Assembly (NCBI GenBank): GCA_038087875.1
Contig: CM075998.1
Location: 5,210,001-5,274,000 of the forward strand
DNA from: Malacoraja senta
Lineage: Eukaryota
Direction: 5' to 3'
DNA length: 64,000 bases
The translations under genes and the position numbers were made by a program. The notes beneath the pieces were generated by a model, which was given only the letters and a program-made list of their open reading frames with translations, had not been told where the DNA came from and did no database searches. Position 1 is the stretch's first letter, and each line of letters begins with the position of its first letter. Below, in pieces: positions 1-13,142 of this stretch.

Positions 1-163
1 CGGTCAAACATGCTTTTACCTCTGCAATTGAACAAACAATTGTGGTATGAAGGCGAAAATATGTTTCTGCTTTGACTTCTACTGATGCACAAAGTATTTG
101 TGCTGTTTACAGGGCTACATACGTCCCCTGTTTAAGAAGGTACTGCAGATGCTGGAAAATCGA

Positions 164-374
164 AGGTAGACAAAAGTGCTGGAGAAACTCAGCGGGTGCA
201 GCAGCATCTATGGAGCGAAGGAAATAGGCAACGTTTCGGGACGAAACCCTTCCCGGGTTTCGGCCCGGAACGTTGCCTATTTCCTTCTGGGTTTCGTCCC
301 GAAACGTTGCCTATTTCCTTCGCTCCATAGATGCTGCTGCACCCGCTGAGTTTCTCCAGCACTTTTGTCTACCT
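164..374. mobile_element. Penelope-derived fold-back element with 86-bp inverted arms (164-249 / 289-374)
   Basis: The arms are reverse complements and closely resemble the tail that follows the GIY-YIG fragment at 22810-22945. Confidence 0.8.
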
Positions 375-754
375 ACATATACCCCCTTCTGCTTGCCCAA
401 CTTTGAAGTCCCTTTTTAGTTGCTAGTTTTAAGATCAAGCCATCTCCTGGCACACCCTTTTAACAGGAAGAACTAAATTCCCTTTGCTCGTATTCGACAT
501 CCTGTGCACGACGTTGTGTGGATCTGCTCAACTGCGATCAGTTTCCAAGCTGAGCCATTGTCGATCCAATTTCGGTGTCGAGTGTGGGTTACGTTCGGAA
601 GAAATGTTTGTTGCGCGCTGCAAGGGTAACGGCCGGCGAGAAATATCTCCTCCGCGATGCCCAGTTGAAATAGCATTGGTCTGCTGCATGCAAATGTGTT
701 GTACATCCTCTGCTTGCAATCTGTGTAACCATGTTTCCTCTTCTCTCCTCACAG

Positions 755-874
755 ACCTTTATAGTACTAAACCGAGGGAAAACAATCTTCCGATTTAGTG
801 CTGCACCTGCCATGTACATTTTAGGCGCTTTGAATCCACTGAGGAGATTCGCTATTAAAATTTTGATACATTTC
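755..874 (+). CDS. scn8a: Nav coding exon 2 ([39 protein letters not shown]), cytoplasmic N-terminus; 120 nt, one T longer than the expected 119 nt
   Basis: Acceptor ttctctcctcacag ends at 754. Translation matches the Nav N-terminus. Followed by U12 donor ATATCCTTT. Confidence 0.92.
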
Positions 875-2335
875 ATATCCTTTTAGTAGTGTTTCCTGTG
901 GTGCTTTTCCTTGGTGTTTGTGGATGAAAAGTAGGCAATTTTGAACATGTTGAATTCTGCATTGGTTTTTTTTTTCCATTGTTTTTACTGGAAACTAAAT
1001 GCAAAACCAGGGTTGCTTGCAACTGATTATGACTTAGTCCAAATGTGTTCCCCATGTAATAAGTATCTAGTGTGTTCTCTCCAAATAAGTTGACTCACAG
1101 ATTTGTTCTCTCTCAAATGGACGCTGTGCTGTGTATATGTTTCAGATGGGCATCGGTGAAATATTACTGCAGAGTCGCGGCCAATGTTCGAATTTTAGAA
1201 TTTGTCCGACAGACATTTCCGAAAGATAAGGGAGCCTGAAGACCAAGTGGACAGATCATCTGTTGCAGATTTTGCCTTTCACAGGGAAATGAAAGTGGAT
1301 CCCGCACTTTTCCAATGTATTCTGTGAAATGTAGTGGGGGGGTGTGAAGAGAGTTGGCGCACTTAGAGGTCCTGTGTGGTTTACACCCAAGGAAGCTGAA
1401 AGCAAACGGAAAGCTAATCAACGCTTTGGCATGGTTTGGCTTTAGACAACTGATCACTTTAGAAGTCAAATCTTTTGCGGGAATGTATTGTCTGTAATTG
1501 GAAGATGATGTTGATGTTGTTTGAAGTCGTACGCTCAAAAAGAACACATTCAAGGTTCGGCTGCACAAAGCGATGGAAGGAATTCTTCGTTTCCCAAGAG
1601 GTCATGTCCGTTTAAATGCTAAAAACTAATACTTGGCGTAACCAAGCAATTGCCATAGAACTTCACAGTGATGACCTTCCTGTACAATATAAGGCATAAT
1701 GACTCTGCGAGAAAACGGAAATGAATTCTCAAGGATTAATTGATCCCAATAATATCGTCATACTTCATAGGGTCATAAGTGACAGAAGAAAGATGATGCC
1801 ATTCGGCCCATCAAGTCTGCTCCGCCATTCAATCAAAGCTGATTGATCGCTCCCTACCTAACCCCATTCTCCTGCCTTCTCCCCATAACCCCTGACACCC
1901 GTACTGATCAAGCATATGTCAATCTCTGCCTTAAAAATATCCACTGACTTGGCCTCCACAGCCGTCTGTGGCAATGAATCCCACAATTCAAATATACTTC
2001 CTGCTTCCTTCAAAATAATTTTTCATTGAAGTTGATCAGATTTTCTCCAATAGTTGATCTCTTGTCCTTTAAAAATTGGGCTGATTTAAATATTTATGAA
2101 CTGATGTTTAGTGCATTCATATCAACTCTGGAAGCATTAAAACATTTTAAATGTCATAAGAGCAGATAATGGGATTTTGTAATGCATTTGTGGACTTGTA
2201 TTTAAAGATTCATATATCAACGATTTTTGTTTTCTGCCTCTGCCTGTTTTGACACAACTGATTTTTTGAGTCATCTGACTGACTTTAAACAATGAATCCT
2301 TGCTGCGATTGTTTAACCCACTTAAAGCCCTGCTT

Positions 2336-2660
2336 ACAGACGCACAGAGTCTCTTGCCCAGAGTAGGGGAATCGAGGACCAGACGACATAGGTTCAAGGT
2401 GAAGGGGAAAAGATTTAATAGGAATCTGAAGGGTAACTTTTTCACACAAAGGGTGGTGGGTGTATGGAACAAGCTGCCTGAGGAGGTAGTTGAGGCTGGG
2501 ACTATCCCAACGTTTAAGAAACAGTTAGACAGGTACATGGATAGGACAGGTTTGGAGGGATATGGACCAAACGCGGACAGGTGGACTAGTGTAGCTGGGA
2601 CATGTTGGCCAGTGTGGGCAAGTTGGGCCAAAAGGGCCTGTTTCCACGATGTATCACTCT
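2336..2660 (+). mobile_element. CR1/HER1-like LINE 3' fragment
   Basis: ORF2 C-terminus (ESRTRxHRFKVKG...FFTQRVVGVWNKLP) plus 3' tail. Confidence 0.85.
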
Positions 2661-2977
2661 ATTCACATGAGATGAGGATGTGGGGTTACTAGGACTGGAT
2701 GGAAGCAGTGAGGTATTATTCAATGCATTCTGATGTCAGATCAGACATTGAATCTACACTGCATTTATATAGCGACTGCAGCATTTGTGTGAAGCAGCCA
2801 CTCTCCATGTTGAACTGAGCATTCTCTTCCTAATGTCCCTGGGCTTTCAGTAGAAAACGATTAAATTCCGGCTGAACCATCACATGGTGCTCCTTTGACC
2901 GAAGAGCTCATTCATAACGAGTTTTGCATGGGGATTTGATAGATCTTCCACCTTCTGCTTTGTTCTTCCCATCGGGA

Positions 2978-3300
2978 GGCACAGTGACGCAGCGGGTAGA
3001 GCTGCTGCCTCACGATGACAGAGACCCGTGGGTTCGATCCTGACTACGGGTGTTCTGCCCGTGTTGAGTTTCCACGTTCTCCCCGTGACCGCGTGGGTTT
3101 CCTCCGGGTGCTCCGGTTTCCTCCCACATCCCAAAGACGTGCGGGCGTGTTGGTTAATCGGCCCCTCTGTAAAATTGTCCCCAGTGTGTAGGGAGTGGAC
3201 GAGAAAGTGGGAAAACATGGAACTCGTGTGTGAATGGGTGATCGATGGTCGGCACGGACTCGGTGGGCCGAAGGGCCTGTTTCCATGCTATATCTTTGAA
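2978..3300 (+). mobile_element. tRNA-derived V-SINE (HE1-like)
   Basis: A/B boxes (GGTTCGATCC), V-domain ctccgggtgctccggtttcctcccac, LINE-like tail gggccgaagggcctgtttcc. Confidence 0.85.
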
Positions 3301-3344
3301 TTCAAGTCAATCAATCAGTCAAAAGCCAATAACTTTAGACTGCA

Positions 3345-3625
3345 AACTTTGGAGATACAGCGTGCAAACAGGCCCTTCGGCCCATCGAGTCCGTGCCGAC
3401 CAGCGATCCCCATACACAAGCACTAGCCTACACACACCAGGGACAATTTACAAATTTACCAAAGTCAATTAATCTGCAAACCTGTACATCTCTGGAGTGT
3501 GGGAGGAAACCAGAGCACCCGGAAAAATCCACAGTACACACACACACAAGCATCGGTGGTCAGGATCGAACCTGGGTTTCTGGCGCTGTGAGGCAGCAAC
3601 GCTACCGCTGCGCCACCGTGCCGCC
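3345..3625 (-). mobile_element. HE1-like V-SINE, inverted relative to the adjacent copy
   Basis: Reverse complement of the same SINE consensus. Confidence 0.8.
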
Positions 3626-3665
3626 CCCATCTTGTATTAACGCTATATTATATTCCAACCACAAC

Positions 3666-3800
3666 GAACCTGAAGAAGGGTCTCGACCCGAAACGTCACC
3701 CATTCCTTCTCTCCAGAGATGCTGCCTGTCCCGCTGAGTTACTCCAGCACTCTGTGTCTATCTTCGGTTTAAACCAGCGTCTGCAGTTCCTTGCCACACA
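3666..3800 (+). mobile_element. Penelope pLTR fragment with hammerhead-like core
   Basis: CTGAAGA-a-gggtc tc gaccc-GAAA-CGTC followed by the PLE tail. Confidence 0.75.
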
Positions 3801-6800
3801 TTTCATCTGCAGTTCCGTCCTGCAACTCCTCAAATGGAAACATGTTTGACAGTTCGACTGCATAAGGAGCTTGTTAGTTGCTGGGGAAACATGGCTGCCT
3901 GTTTCTAACTGCCATTAATAAAATTCTGTTCTCATGAAATGTGTATTTGAAAGCTTCACTGACGTTAATTTCTTAACATGTTTTTAGTGGGGAAAGCGAA
4001 TCAAGTCCTTGTACCCTGGTTGTGAACTTGCAGTACAGATTTGCTTTAGTAATGTACCTAATTAACTGCAGCTATAACTGTGACTAAGCATTGTTCTTGG
4101 TTGAAACATGTACATCGCTATTTTAATCAGCTGGGATTTTATGAATTGATCATTCACTGCAAAATGATTCATGCCTCTTCAGCTCTTGTACTTCTTTGGG
4201 GGAATGCAAGGCAATAAAGGTTTTTGAGTCTGAAGAGGGGTCTCGCCCCGAAACGTCACCCATGCCTTCTCTCCAGAGATGCTGCCTGTCCCAGCTGAGT
4301 TACTCCAGCGTTTTGTGTCTAAAACAGGTTTTTGAAATCCTTAAAACAAATCGGTAAGGTTAACACGGACTAGAAACCAGGCATGACGACCCCCACGGTC
4401 GATGCAGTATGCAAGCTTTGCGCAAAAGAAAACAAAACTGCTGTTCGGATTCGTGTTTGTCTTTAAACCTGTTCTGGTTCCCAAGCTAATGTTGCATTCT
4501 GCAAGGTTGCAGCGGGAAAAAAGGTAAACTGCTGTGCCATGGCTGGACCTGTGATCCACTGAGACCTCTTCAGCCTTTGTTGCCTCGACCAGATACGCCT
4601 TGTAGGGGTTGCAAATGTTTGCTGCCAGGCTGTGGTATTTTTCACCGGGGTCTTCCCAAAGGTGGGTCAAACTCCCCAACAGAGGGAGCAAGAGAACTGG
4701 CTTCAGCCTGCTGAGCAAGGCCTTTGACAACACTGGAGCAAACAAAACCGTTCAGAACGACGGAATGGGCCCACAAATTCGGCAGTAGCAATCTTCCCCT
4801 CTTTATTTAAGCATTGCAAGATTTTTTGGGGAGTGGATGCGAAGCTGCGTAGTCAACAAGGGCGCGGCGCAGCAACGGAGCTGGTGCAACCCAGCCCGCT
4901 AGCGTGCAGTTAGCCAAGCAGTCAAAAGCCAGAGCGCATTCTGCTCGCAAAGAATCGGCCAAAAGTGACGCACTTCACGCATAGCTTGCAACAAATTTGC
5001 TGCAGCTCACCAGCGGCCGGTACAGCATGCACGCAGGCCAGCTGGCAGCCCGCAGTCAGAAGCGCAGCTGACTTGCAAACGACATTTCATCAGCTGCATG
5101 CTTTACAGCTGGTCGGTCCACTGCTTGCAGGCAAAGGCAGGAGCCGAGGAGTTGCTCTATTGACGTCTATGTTAACAGCAGTCAGTTCATGCAAGCAGCA
5201 CCCCAGGTTCAAAGCGCTGCAGATTCCATCCCCGGGTTGAAAATACCATGTCAATCTGAATTGCTTTTCTTTGAGCTGTGGCAGATGAGACCAGCGTCTT
5301 GCAACAGTGTGTGACCAGAAAAAAAATTACCTGCAGCAGCCTAAAAGGCCGAAGGCGAAAAAAAAACCTGAGACAAATGCTGGAAATGCACATTGGGTAA
5401 CTTTTATAAGCATAAACTTGAGCATCCCCCACCGTGATATCTGTACTCATCGAGGGAGGGCTGGCTGTCTTGTTGACCAGCAGAACAGTTTCATATTTTA
5501 GCCATTTAATATCCGCGTCGAGAGAGTTTCATTGTCCCGAAAAGCATCAGGTCAAAGTTAAATGTGGAGAAGCAGCTTTCTGCACGTCATTCTAAACAAC
5601 GTCTCAGTGGTGACTTCGTTAGAACACCTCCTATTGCACCCCCCCCCCCCCCCCATCTACACCAGCTATCAATTAGCCTTTGAGCAAGACTGACACCAAA
5701 TGGTGCCATCCAGCAGTTCTGCGCTGTGGCTTTGAATGCAATAAGAAATGGGCTGTGACTGTCCAAACTTCTTGAATCGGCAGCCGGAAGAGCGAGAACA
5801 ATTTCATTCCATCAGATCGACAATAGACAATAGGTGCAGGAGTAGGCCATTCGGCCCTTCGAGCCAGCACCGCCATTCAATGTGATCATGGCTGATCATC
5901 CCCAATCAGTACCCCGTTCCTGCCTTCTCCCCATATCCCCTGACTCCGCTATCTTTAAGAGCCCTATCCAGCTCTCTCTTGAAAGTATCCAGAGAACCGG
6001 CCTCCAGCGCCCTCTGAGGCAGAGAATTCCACAGATCGAGTTGTGTAACTCCCAGGAAATTTAAGTTCAAGTTCCCACTGTAAGGAAATTGAGAGTGGTC
6101 TGCTTTGGATAGCACATCTCTGTACTGGGCACGGTACATTTAGACGCGGTGAGAGGCCAGTGTGTACTAGAGTCTAAAGCTGAGTGTGGAAAAGCACAAA
6201 TGTCACCGCCTACGCTGGCTCTTATTTTCATGGGATTAGTCATTTAATACAGAATTGGGAGCAGCGTTTTCAAGCCCCTCCAGGGCCAAACTTGGGATGC
6301 CCTGGGATCCGAGCAAAAGTTCGGAGATCTTTACAAGCTGAATTACTGCAGCTGTCAACTCCATTAGGTTTCTGGACTCTTGGAGCAAAGCCATCTGATG
6401 TGTAATCTATCCAGTTGTCTAGGGTTACGTGTCGCCTGATGCCTCTTCTTCATTATCTGCAGGAATAGCTAAGTAAAGCAGGCTGGATCTGTGTCTAATG
6501 GAGGTTATGTTAAGTTCGCTTTAATTCCCACACAAGCTCAGAACAATGGATATTGTTAAAGCAGAGATAGATAGATTCTTGATCAGTACGGGTGTCAGGG
6601 GTTATGGGGAGAAGGCAGGAGAATGAGGTTGGGAGGGAGAGATAGATCAGCCATGATTGAATGGCGGAGTAGACTTGATGGGCCGAATGGCCTAATTCTG
6701 CTCCTATCACTTATGACCTTATAAGCTGATTGACCTGCTGTGAATTTCCAGCATTTTCAGTTTGAGCCTTTTTGGCTGAAGCAACATTTTTTATTTGTAG

Positions 6801-7900
6801 AGTGGTGAGACAGAAACCAGCTCAGTTGAAGGCCATTATAGACAAGGTACCCATCTCTCCGTTAGTTATCCGTATGGGAAGCATTATATGCTACATACTC
6901 CAGTCATAATTCTGATTATTTTAACTCTTAAGTTGCCACTACCCGTTTCAATATCCCACATGTTTTTTTTGGTATGGAAGCCATCATTACAACACGTAAC
7001 TATTACCACTGTGGTATACATTAGTGGCTTCATGCATCGTGAGATGATTTGCCTAATTCTGCCATCCATTATTAATGTTGTACATGAGAAATATTCCTTG
7101 GGATTCCAGTGAAGTGAGGCAAGGATGTGTGGAGATCCTATAAGAAGTCTGAGGCCACGTGCTCTTATTGTCTGGAATTCCATTCTATTCCTTCCCTTCT
7201 GTTGACTGGGACAAGGATTGGGATTATATTTGGCTTGAGCCAGTCCATTTCCATTGTTGATGGAATTCCTTTGGAAACCCCCAAGTAAATAACTCCTCCT
7301 CCATTTCAAAACTGGGCGTAAAAAACGAAAACAAAGTTTGTCGTGGTCTCCTCGGAGAATTGTTGGCATTTCTGCCGTTGTTGAACCTCCCAAGGCATGA
7401 CACCGTGGTCCAAAATGCACCCAGTTACCTGCTGGCTCTGGCATGAAGCGGTGGGATGCATGTCTGCCATCTGGGTGAAGCATGGCATCTGCCCGCCACG
7501 ACGGGCATCAACTCACCCGTTCCCCAGGGCAACGGCTCATCCTTTGACCCGATTCTTAAACTGGCGCCGTCCTGACATTGGACGTGACGTGATTTACAAT
7601 CTAAATTACCTGCAGGAGTCCTGGCCTTGGTGAGATTGGATTGACAATTTGGGTGATTTGGAGTTGGATCGCAGCGTCGACCAACTTAAAACCGAAGGGG
7701 CTGGCTTTCCAGGCAACTTGTGGGATCTCAGTAGTATAAGACTTGGCTTTGTATCATCCAGGAAGCTGTGCATTTAATCCTTATTGATGAGACAGAAACT
7801 AGCAAAGTTTAAACATGGATGTGACGATATATTGTTATTTAATAAATCTGCTAATGGTTGAACATCAGGATTAACTGTAATTTCCTTAACTCCATTCTAC

Positions 7901-7990
7901 ATTGTTCAGCATGATAATAATGGCCACTATTTTGACCAACTGTGTATTCATGACTTTTAGTAAACCCCCAGACTGGTCCAAGCAGGTGGA
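7901..7990 (+). CDS. scn8a: Nav coding exon 3 ([30 protein letters not shown]), DI S1
   Basis: 90 nt, AC acceptor, GTAAGT donor at 7991, intact frame. Confidence 0.96.
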
Positions 7991-8399
7991 GTAAGTATCT
8001 CTCTTTATTTAATCTTTATGAATATTCCCTTCGCTTGTCGAAATGTACTCTGCATGGTGGGGAAATCGGATTTATTTTTGATTTTTTTCCTTTCTACCGC
8101 TTGTGAAAATAGGGGGGGGGGGGGGGTGAGGAAGCTATGGATTCTTCCAGATTGTTCCATGAGTGAGCAAGAGCATATTGTAACCAAAGGAAATTGAACT
8201 CTTTGGCCTCGCGAGTGGAATAAAATGGACATTCCGCTTTTCCCGCTTTGTGTTTGTACAAATATGTCACATTCTTTTAAAGTTTTGTATTTTTACCAGA
8301 GAATAGCAGAAATGCAAATGTTGATCGCTACTCCTTCCACAGTCTGAACATCTTGAACGGGAATTACTCTTGACTCTTGAGTTGCTTCAACCCAGGAGA

Positions 8400-8742
8400 A
8401 GGCATAGGAGCAGAATTAGGCCATTCGTCCCGTCAAGTCTACTCCACCATTCAATCATGGCTGATCTATCTTTCCCTCTCAACCCCATTCTCCTGCCTTC
8501 TCCCCATAACCCCTGACACCCGTACTAATCTAGAATCTATCAATCTCCGCTTTACAAATACCCATTGACTTGGCCTCCACAGCCGTCTGTGGCAATGAAT
8601 TCCACAGATTCACCACCCTCTGGCTAAAGAAATTCCTCCTCATCATCTCTGTTCTAAAGGTACGTCCTTCAATTCTGAGGCTGTGCCCTCTGGTCCTAGA
8701 TTCCTCCACTAGTGGAAACATCCTCTCCACATCCACTCTATC
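8400..8742 (-). mobile_element. CR1-like LINE 3' fragment
   Basis: DRVDVERMFPLV...FFSQRVVNLWNSLP on the minus strand. Confidence 0.85.
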
Positions 8743-8889
8743 CGAGCAGATTGCTATCATATTGACCTCAGAGTTATGCAGTGGGGGTGAATATTAAATG
8801 TAGAAAATATAAATAGTTTTGTAAATTTGATGCCAAAGGGCTTTTGGGGTTAAGAGTGAATTAATTATATTTTGCACGTAAGAAAATAT

Positions 8890-9370
8890 AGTTCAGTTTA
8901 GTTTATTGTCACGTGTACCGAGCTACAGTGAAAAGCTTTTGTTATGTGCTAACCAGTTAGCGGAAAGACAATACATGATTACAATCGAGCCATTCACAGT
9001 GTACAGATACAGGATAAGGGAATAACGTTTAGTGCAAGGTAAAGTCAGCAAAGTCTGATCAAGGATAGTCCGAGGGTCTCCAATGAGGTAGATAGTAGTT
9101 CAGCACTGCTCTTTGGTTGTGGTAGGATGGTTCAGTTGCAATAGACAATAGGTGCAGGAGTAGGCCATTTGGCCCTTCGAGCCAGCACCGCCATTCATTG
9201 CCTGCATTGCACCTGCCTGCATTGCCGGATAACAGCCGGGAAGAAACTGTCCCTGAATCTGGAGGTGTGTGTGCGTTTGTTTTCACACTTCTGTACCTCT
9301 TGCCCGATGGGAGAGGGGAGAAGAGGGAGTGGCCGGGGTGCGACTGGTCCTTGCCGAGGCAGCGTGAGGT
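8890..9370 (-). mobile_element. Rex1/Babar-like LINE 3' fragment interrupted by a CR1 tail
   Basis: DQSHPGHSLFSPLPSGKRYRS motif and tail; related copies near 17070, 26890 and 50075. Confidence 0.65.
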
Positions 9371-10274
9371 GTAGTGTTGCATCACAACAGTCTTCAGGTT
9401 CTGCATTGCATTAAAAATAATGCACAATTTTAATCCTGTTGGATTATTTCAGTTGTAATAATTATCTGTAAAGGTTCAATAATCCAAGATGGCTGCTGGT
9501 CACAGACGTAGATCTGCAATCACGTATCACAACCACTCTCTACTTCGTCAGTAGATCCGTACACTGTGGGCAGCGTGATTGTAATCTTGTATTGTCTTTC
9601 CGCTGACTGGATAGAAACCTAGAAACATCAACAATAGGTGCAGGAGTAGGCCATTCGGCCCTTCGAGCCAGCACCACCATTCAATATGATCACGGCTGAT
9701 CATCCCCAATCAGTACCCCGTTCCTGCCTTCTCCCCATATCCCTTGATTCCGTTAGCCCCAAGAGCTAAATCTAACTCTCTCTTGAAAACATCCAGTGAA
9801 TTGGCCTCCACTGTCTTCTGAGGCAGAGAATTCCACACTGAGGCAGAGATTCACAACACTCTGGTTGAAAAAGTCTTTCCTCATCTCAGTCCTAAATGGC
9901 CAACCCCTTATTCTTAAACTGTGTGTGACCCCTGGTTCTGGACTCCCTCGATAGCGCGGAACAGTGAAAAGCTTTTGTTCCGCGCTATGTGCCTCATGCA
10001 GTGGAGAATATCAGTGTTTAAATTAAGTGCTGCAAAACATAAAAAAAATATCTGGTAGTGAGGAACTTGAATTAACGGCATAAAATAAGGCAGGGCATCC
10101 CCACCTCTATCCATCTTGAGAAATGCATGAGGCACTTTGAGCTTCAATGTTTGATTTTGTGTATCAGCAAGTTATTATTCTTAATAGAATTCTAGGAGCT
10201 AGATTGAAGCATTATACTATTGAACTGGGTTTTCTCAAGTATCTGGTGCAACCATTCTTGTGATATGGATGGAT

Positions 10275-11010
10275 TTAGTTTAGTTTAGAGATAGAGCGCA
10301 GAAACAGGCCCCTCGGCCCACCGAGTCCGCGCCGACCAACGATCCCCGCACACTAACACCACCCGACACACACCAGAGACAATTTACAACTTTTTTACCG
10401 AACCCAGTTAACCTACGAACCTGCGCGTCTTTGGAGTTTAGGGGGAAACCAGAGCCCCTGGAGAAAACCCACGCAGGTCACGGGGAGAACATAGAAAATA
10501 GGTGCAGGAGGAGGCCATTCGGCCCTTCGAGCCAGCACCGCCATTCATTGTGATCATGGCTGATCGTCCCCAATCAATAACCCGTGCCTGCCTTCTCCCC
10601 ATATCCCCTGACTCCACTAGCCCCTAGAGCTCTATCTAACTCTCTTTTAAATCCATCCAGTGACTTGGCCTCCACTGCCCTCTGTGGCAGGGAATTCCAC
10701 AAATTCACGACTCTCTGGGTGAAAACGTTTTTTCTCACCTCAGTCTTAAATGGCCTCCCCTTTATTCTAAGGCTGTGGCCCCTGGTTCTGGACTCGCCCA
10801 ACATTGGGAACATTTTTCCTGCATCTAGCTTGTCCAGTCCTTTTATAATTTTATATGTTTCTATAAGATCCCCCCTCATCCTTCTAAACTCCAGTGAATA
10901 CAAGCCTAGTCTTATAGAAACATAGAACGTACAAACTCCATACAGACAGCACCCGTAGTCAGGATGGAACCCATGTCTTTGGCAGCAACTCTACCGCTGC
11001 ACCACTGTTC
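10275..11010 (-). mobile_element. HE1-like SINE split by a nested CR1 3' fragment (about 10490-10912)
   Basis: The SINE halves flank ORF 10574..10903 (CR1 ORF2 C-terminus). Confidence 0.8.
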
Positions 11011-12714
11011 CGCTCCTGGACTCTTATAGATAGTATAGAAATAAGTTATTTTGACCTCGTTACCCAAAAATATGTTTTATGCGGCAAACCCCCTTGGTGC
11101 TTTTCCCCTTTTTGTGCTTAAGTTTATTTTAAACTATTAGAACTGAACATAAGTGTTCATTTTCACTGTGGACACAGCCCCCATAAGTCAGTGGCAACGA
11201 ACTGAAATGTGTTGTCAAGGAATGGATTGGGCTTGATCGATTTTGTGTGAGTTAGTTGATTTCAGTCAGTGGGTTTTCAGCAGTTTAGTTTCGAGATACG
11301 CTGTGGAAACAGGCCCTTCGGCACACCAAGTCCACGCTGACCATCGATCACCCATTCTGTGGCATCCCACTCTCTCATCCACTCCCTACACACTAGGGGG
11401 GAATTTATAGAGGACCGATTAACCTGCACGCCCGCACGTCTTTGGGATGTGGGAGGAAACCCACGCGGAGAAACTCACAGGGAGAACATGCAAACTCCAC
11501 AGCACCCGAGGTCAGCATTGAACCGGGGTCTCTGGCGCCGTGAGGAAGCAGCTCTACCCGTTGCCGCCCTTAATACGAGTGTGATCAAATGGCACTTTCC
11601 AAGTGCCCGCTCAAACCAAGGTGGCATTCTGCAGGAGTCTTGGCCACTTGACTTGAGTCACCTTCTGTGCCAGGGGTACAATAAGAGCACCATAAGTGAC
11701 TGCCTTTGCCTCCCATGGCAACATTGGGTAGTAAGGTCTTGGGTCGTCAGTGATCTTTCATATGCCATAAAGTTAGAGACAAGGCTGTCCATTCTTTGTG
11801 TGTTTTTTAGTTCAGAGATGTAGCGGGGAAACAGGCCCTTCGGCCCACCGAGTCTGCACCGACCAGCGATCCCCTGTCCACTAGATTTATGGTATCTTAG
11901 TTTTGCATCCTACACAACAGGAGCAATTTAGTGATAGCCAATTAACCTACATGTCTGCGCAGACCATTGATCACCTGTTCACACCAGTTCTACATTATAG
12001 AAACATAGAAACATAGAAAATAGGTGCAGGAGTAGGCCATTCGGCCCTTTGAGCCAGCACCACCATTCATTGTGATCATGGCTGATCGTCCCCAATCAAT
12101 AACCCGTGCCTGCCTTCTCCCCATATCCCTTGATTCCACTAGCCCCTAGAGCTCTATCTAACTCTCTCTTAAATCCATCCATTGACTTGGCCTCCACTGC
12201 CCTCTGTGGCAGGGAATTCCACAAATTCACAACTCTCTGGGTGAAAATGTTTTTTCTCACCTCAGTCTTAAATGACCTCCCCTTTATTCTACGACTGTCC
12301 CACTAAGATTATCCCACTTTCTCATCTACTCCTTACACACTAGGGGTAATTTAGAGAGGGCCATTTAACCTACACACCCGCACGTCTTTGGAGTTATGGG
12401 AGGAAAACCCACGCAGGTCTCGGGGAGAACGCACAAACTCCGTACAGACAGCACCCGTAGTCGGGATGGAACCCGGGTCTCTGGCGCTGTGAGGCAGCAA
12501 CTCTACCCGCTGCGCCACCGTGCCGCCCTCTTTTGGGAGTTGTCCCTTCAACCTGAGTTAATAAAAGGGTGGCACGGTGGCGCAGCAGCAGAGGAGCAGA
12601 CTGCGGGTGCTGTCTGTGCGGAGTTTGCACGTTCCCCCTGTCATCGGCTTGGGGTTTGCTCCGGGGTGCTCCGGCTACCTCCCACATTCCAAAGACGCAC
12701 AGATTTGTAGGCTA

Positions 12715-13142
12715 GACCAAAATGCTGGAGAAACTCAGCGGGTGAGGCAGCATCTGTGGAGCGAAAGAAATCGGCAACGTTTCGGGCCCGAAACCCTTCT
12801 TCAGACCTAAGGAAATAGGCAACGTTTCGGGCCCGAAACCCTTCTTCAGACCTAAGGAAATAGGCAACGTTTCGGGCCCGAAACCCTTCTTCAGACCTAA
12901 GGAAATAGGCAACGTTTCGGGCCCGAAACCCTTCTTCAGACCTAAGGAAATAGGCAACGTTTCGGGCCCGAAACCCTTCTTCAGACCTAAGGAAATAGGC
13001 AACGTTTCGGGCCGAAACCCTTTCGGGTTTCGTCCCGAAACGTTGCCTATTTCCTTCGCTCCATAGATGCTGCCTCACCCGCTGAGTTTCTCCAGCATTT
13101 TTGTCTACCTTCGATTTTCCAGCATCTGCAGTTCCTTCTTAA
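12715..13142. mobile_element. Penelope-derived fold-back element containing a tandem hammerhead-like array, inserted in a SINE with a 16-bp TSD
   Basis: acagatttgtaggcta (12699-12714) / acagatttgcaggcta (13143-13158); inverted pLTR arms. Confidence 0.8.
12773..12997 (-). repeat. Five identical 45-bp units, each carrying a minimal hammerhead ribozyme-like core on the minus strand
   Basis: The minus-strand unit reads taggt-CTGAAGA-a-gggtttcgggccc-GAAA-CGTT-gccta. Confidence 0.85.

Larger units (their letters stand above)
875..7900 (+). other. scn8a: U12-type (minor spliceosome) AT-AC intron
   Basis: Donor ATATCCTTT 875-883, branch site TTCCTTAAC 7882-7890, terminal AC 7899-7900. Same position as the known AT-AC intron of vertebrate SCN genes. 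Confidence 0.95.

Noticed and set aside
6884..7483. 199-aa minus-strand ORF
   Set aside because: No recognisable domain or exon structure; probably a chance ORF in the intron.
5320..7620. Minus-strand donor-like CAG/GTAATT sites near 5330 and 7610 suggesting an antisense transcript
   Set aside because: Short motifs with no matched acceptors, ORF or other support.
12773..12997. CRISPR-like appearance of regular repeats
   Set aside because: The units are identical and contiguous with no unique spacers; the context is eukaryotic with no cas genes.
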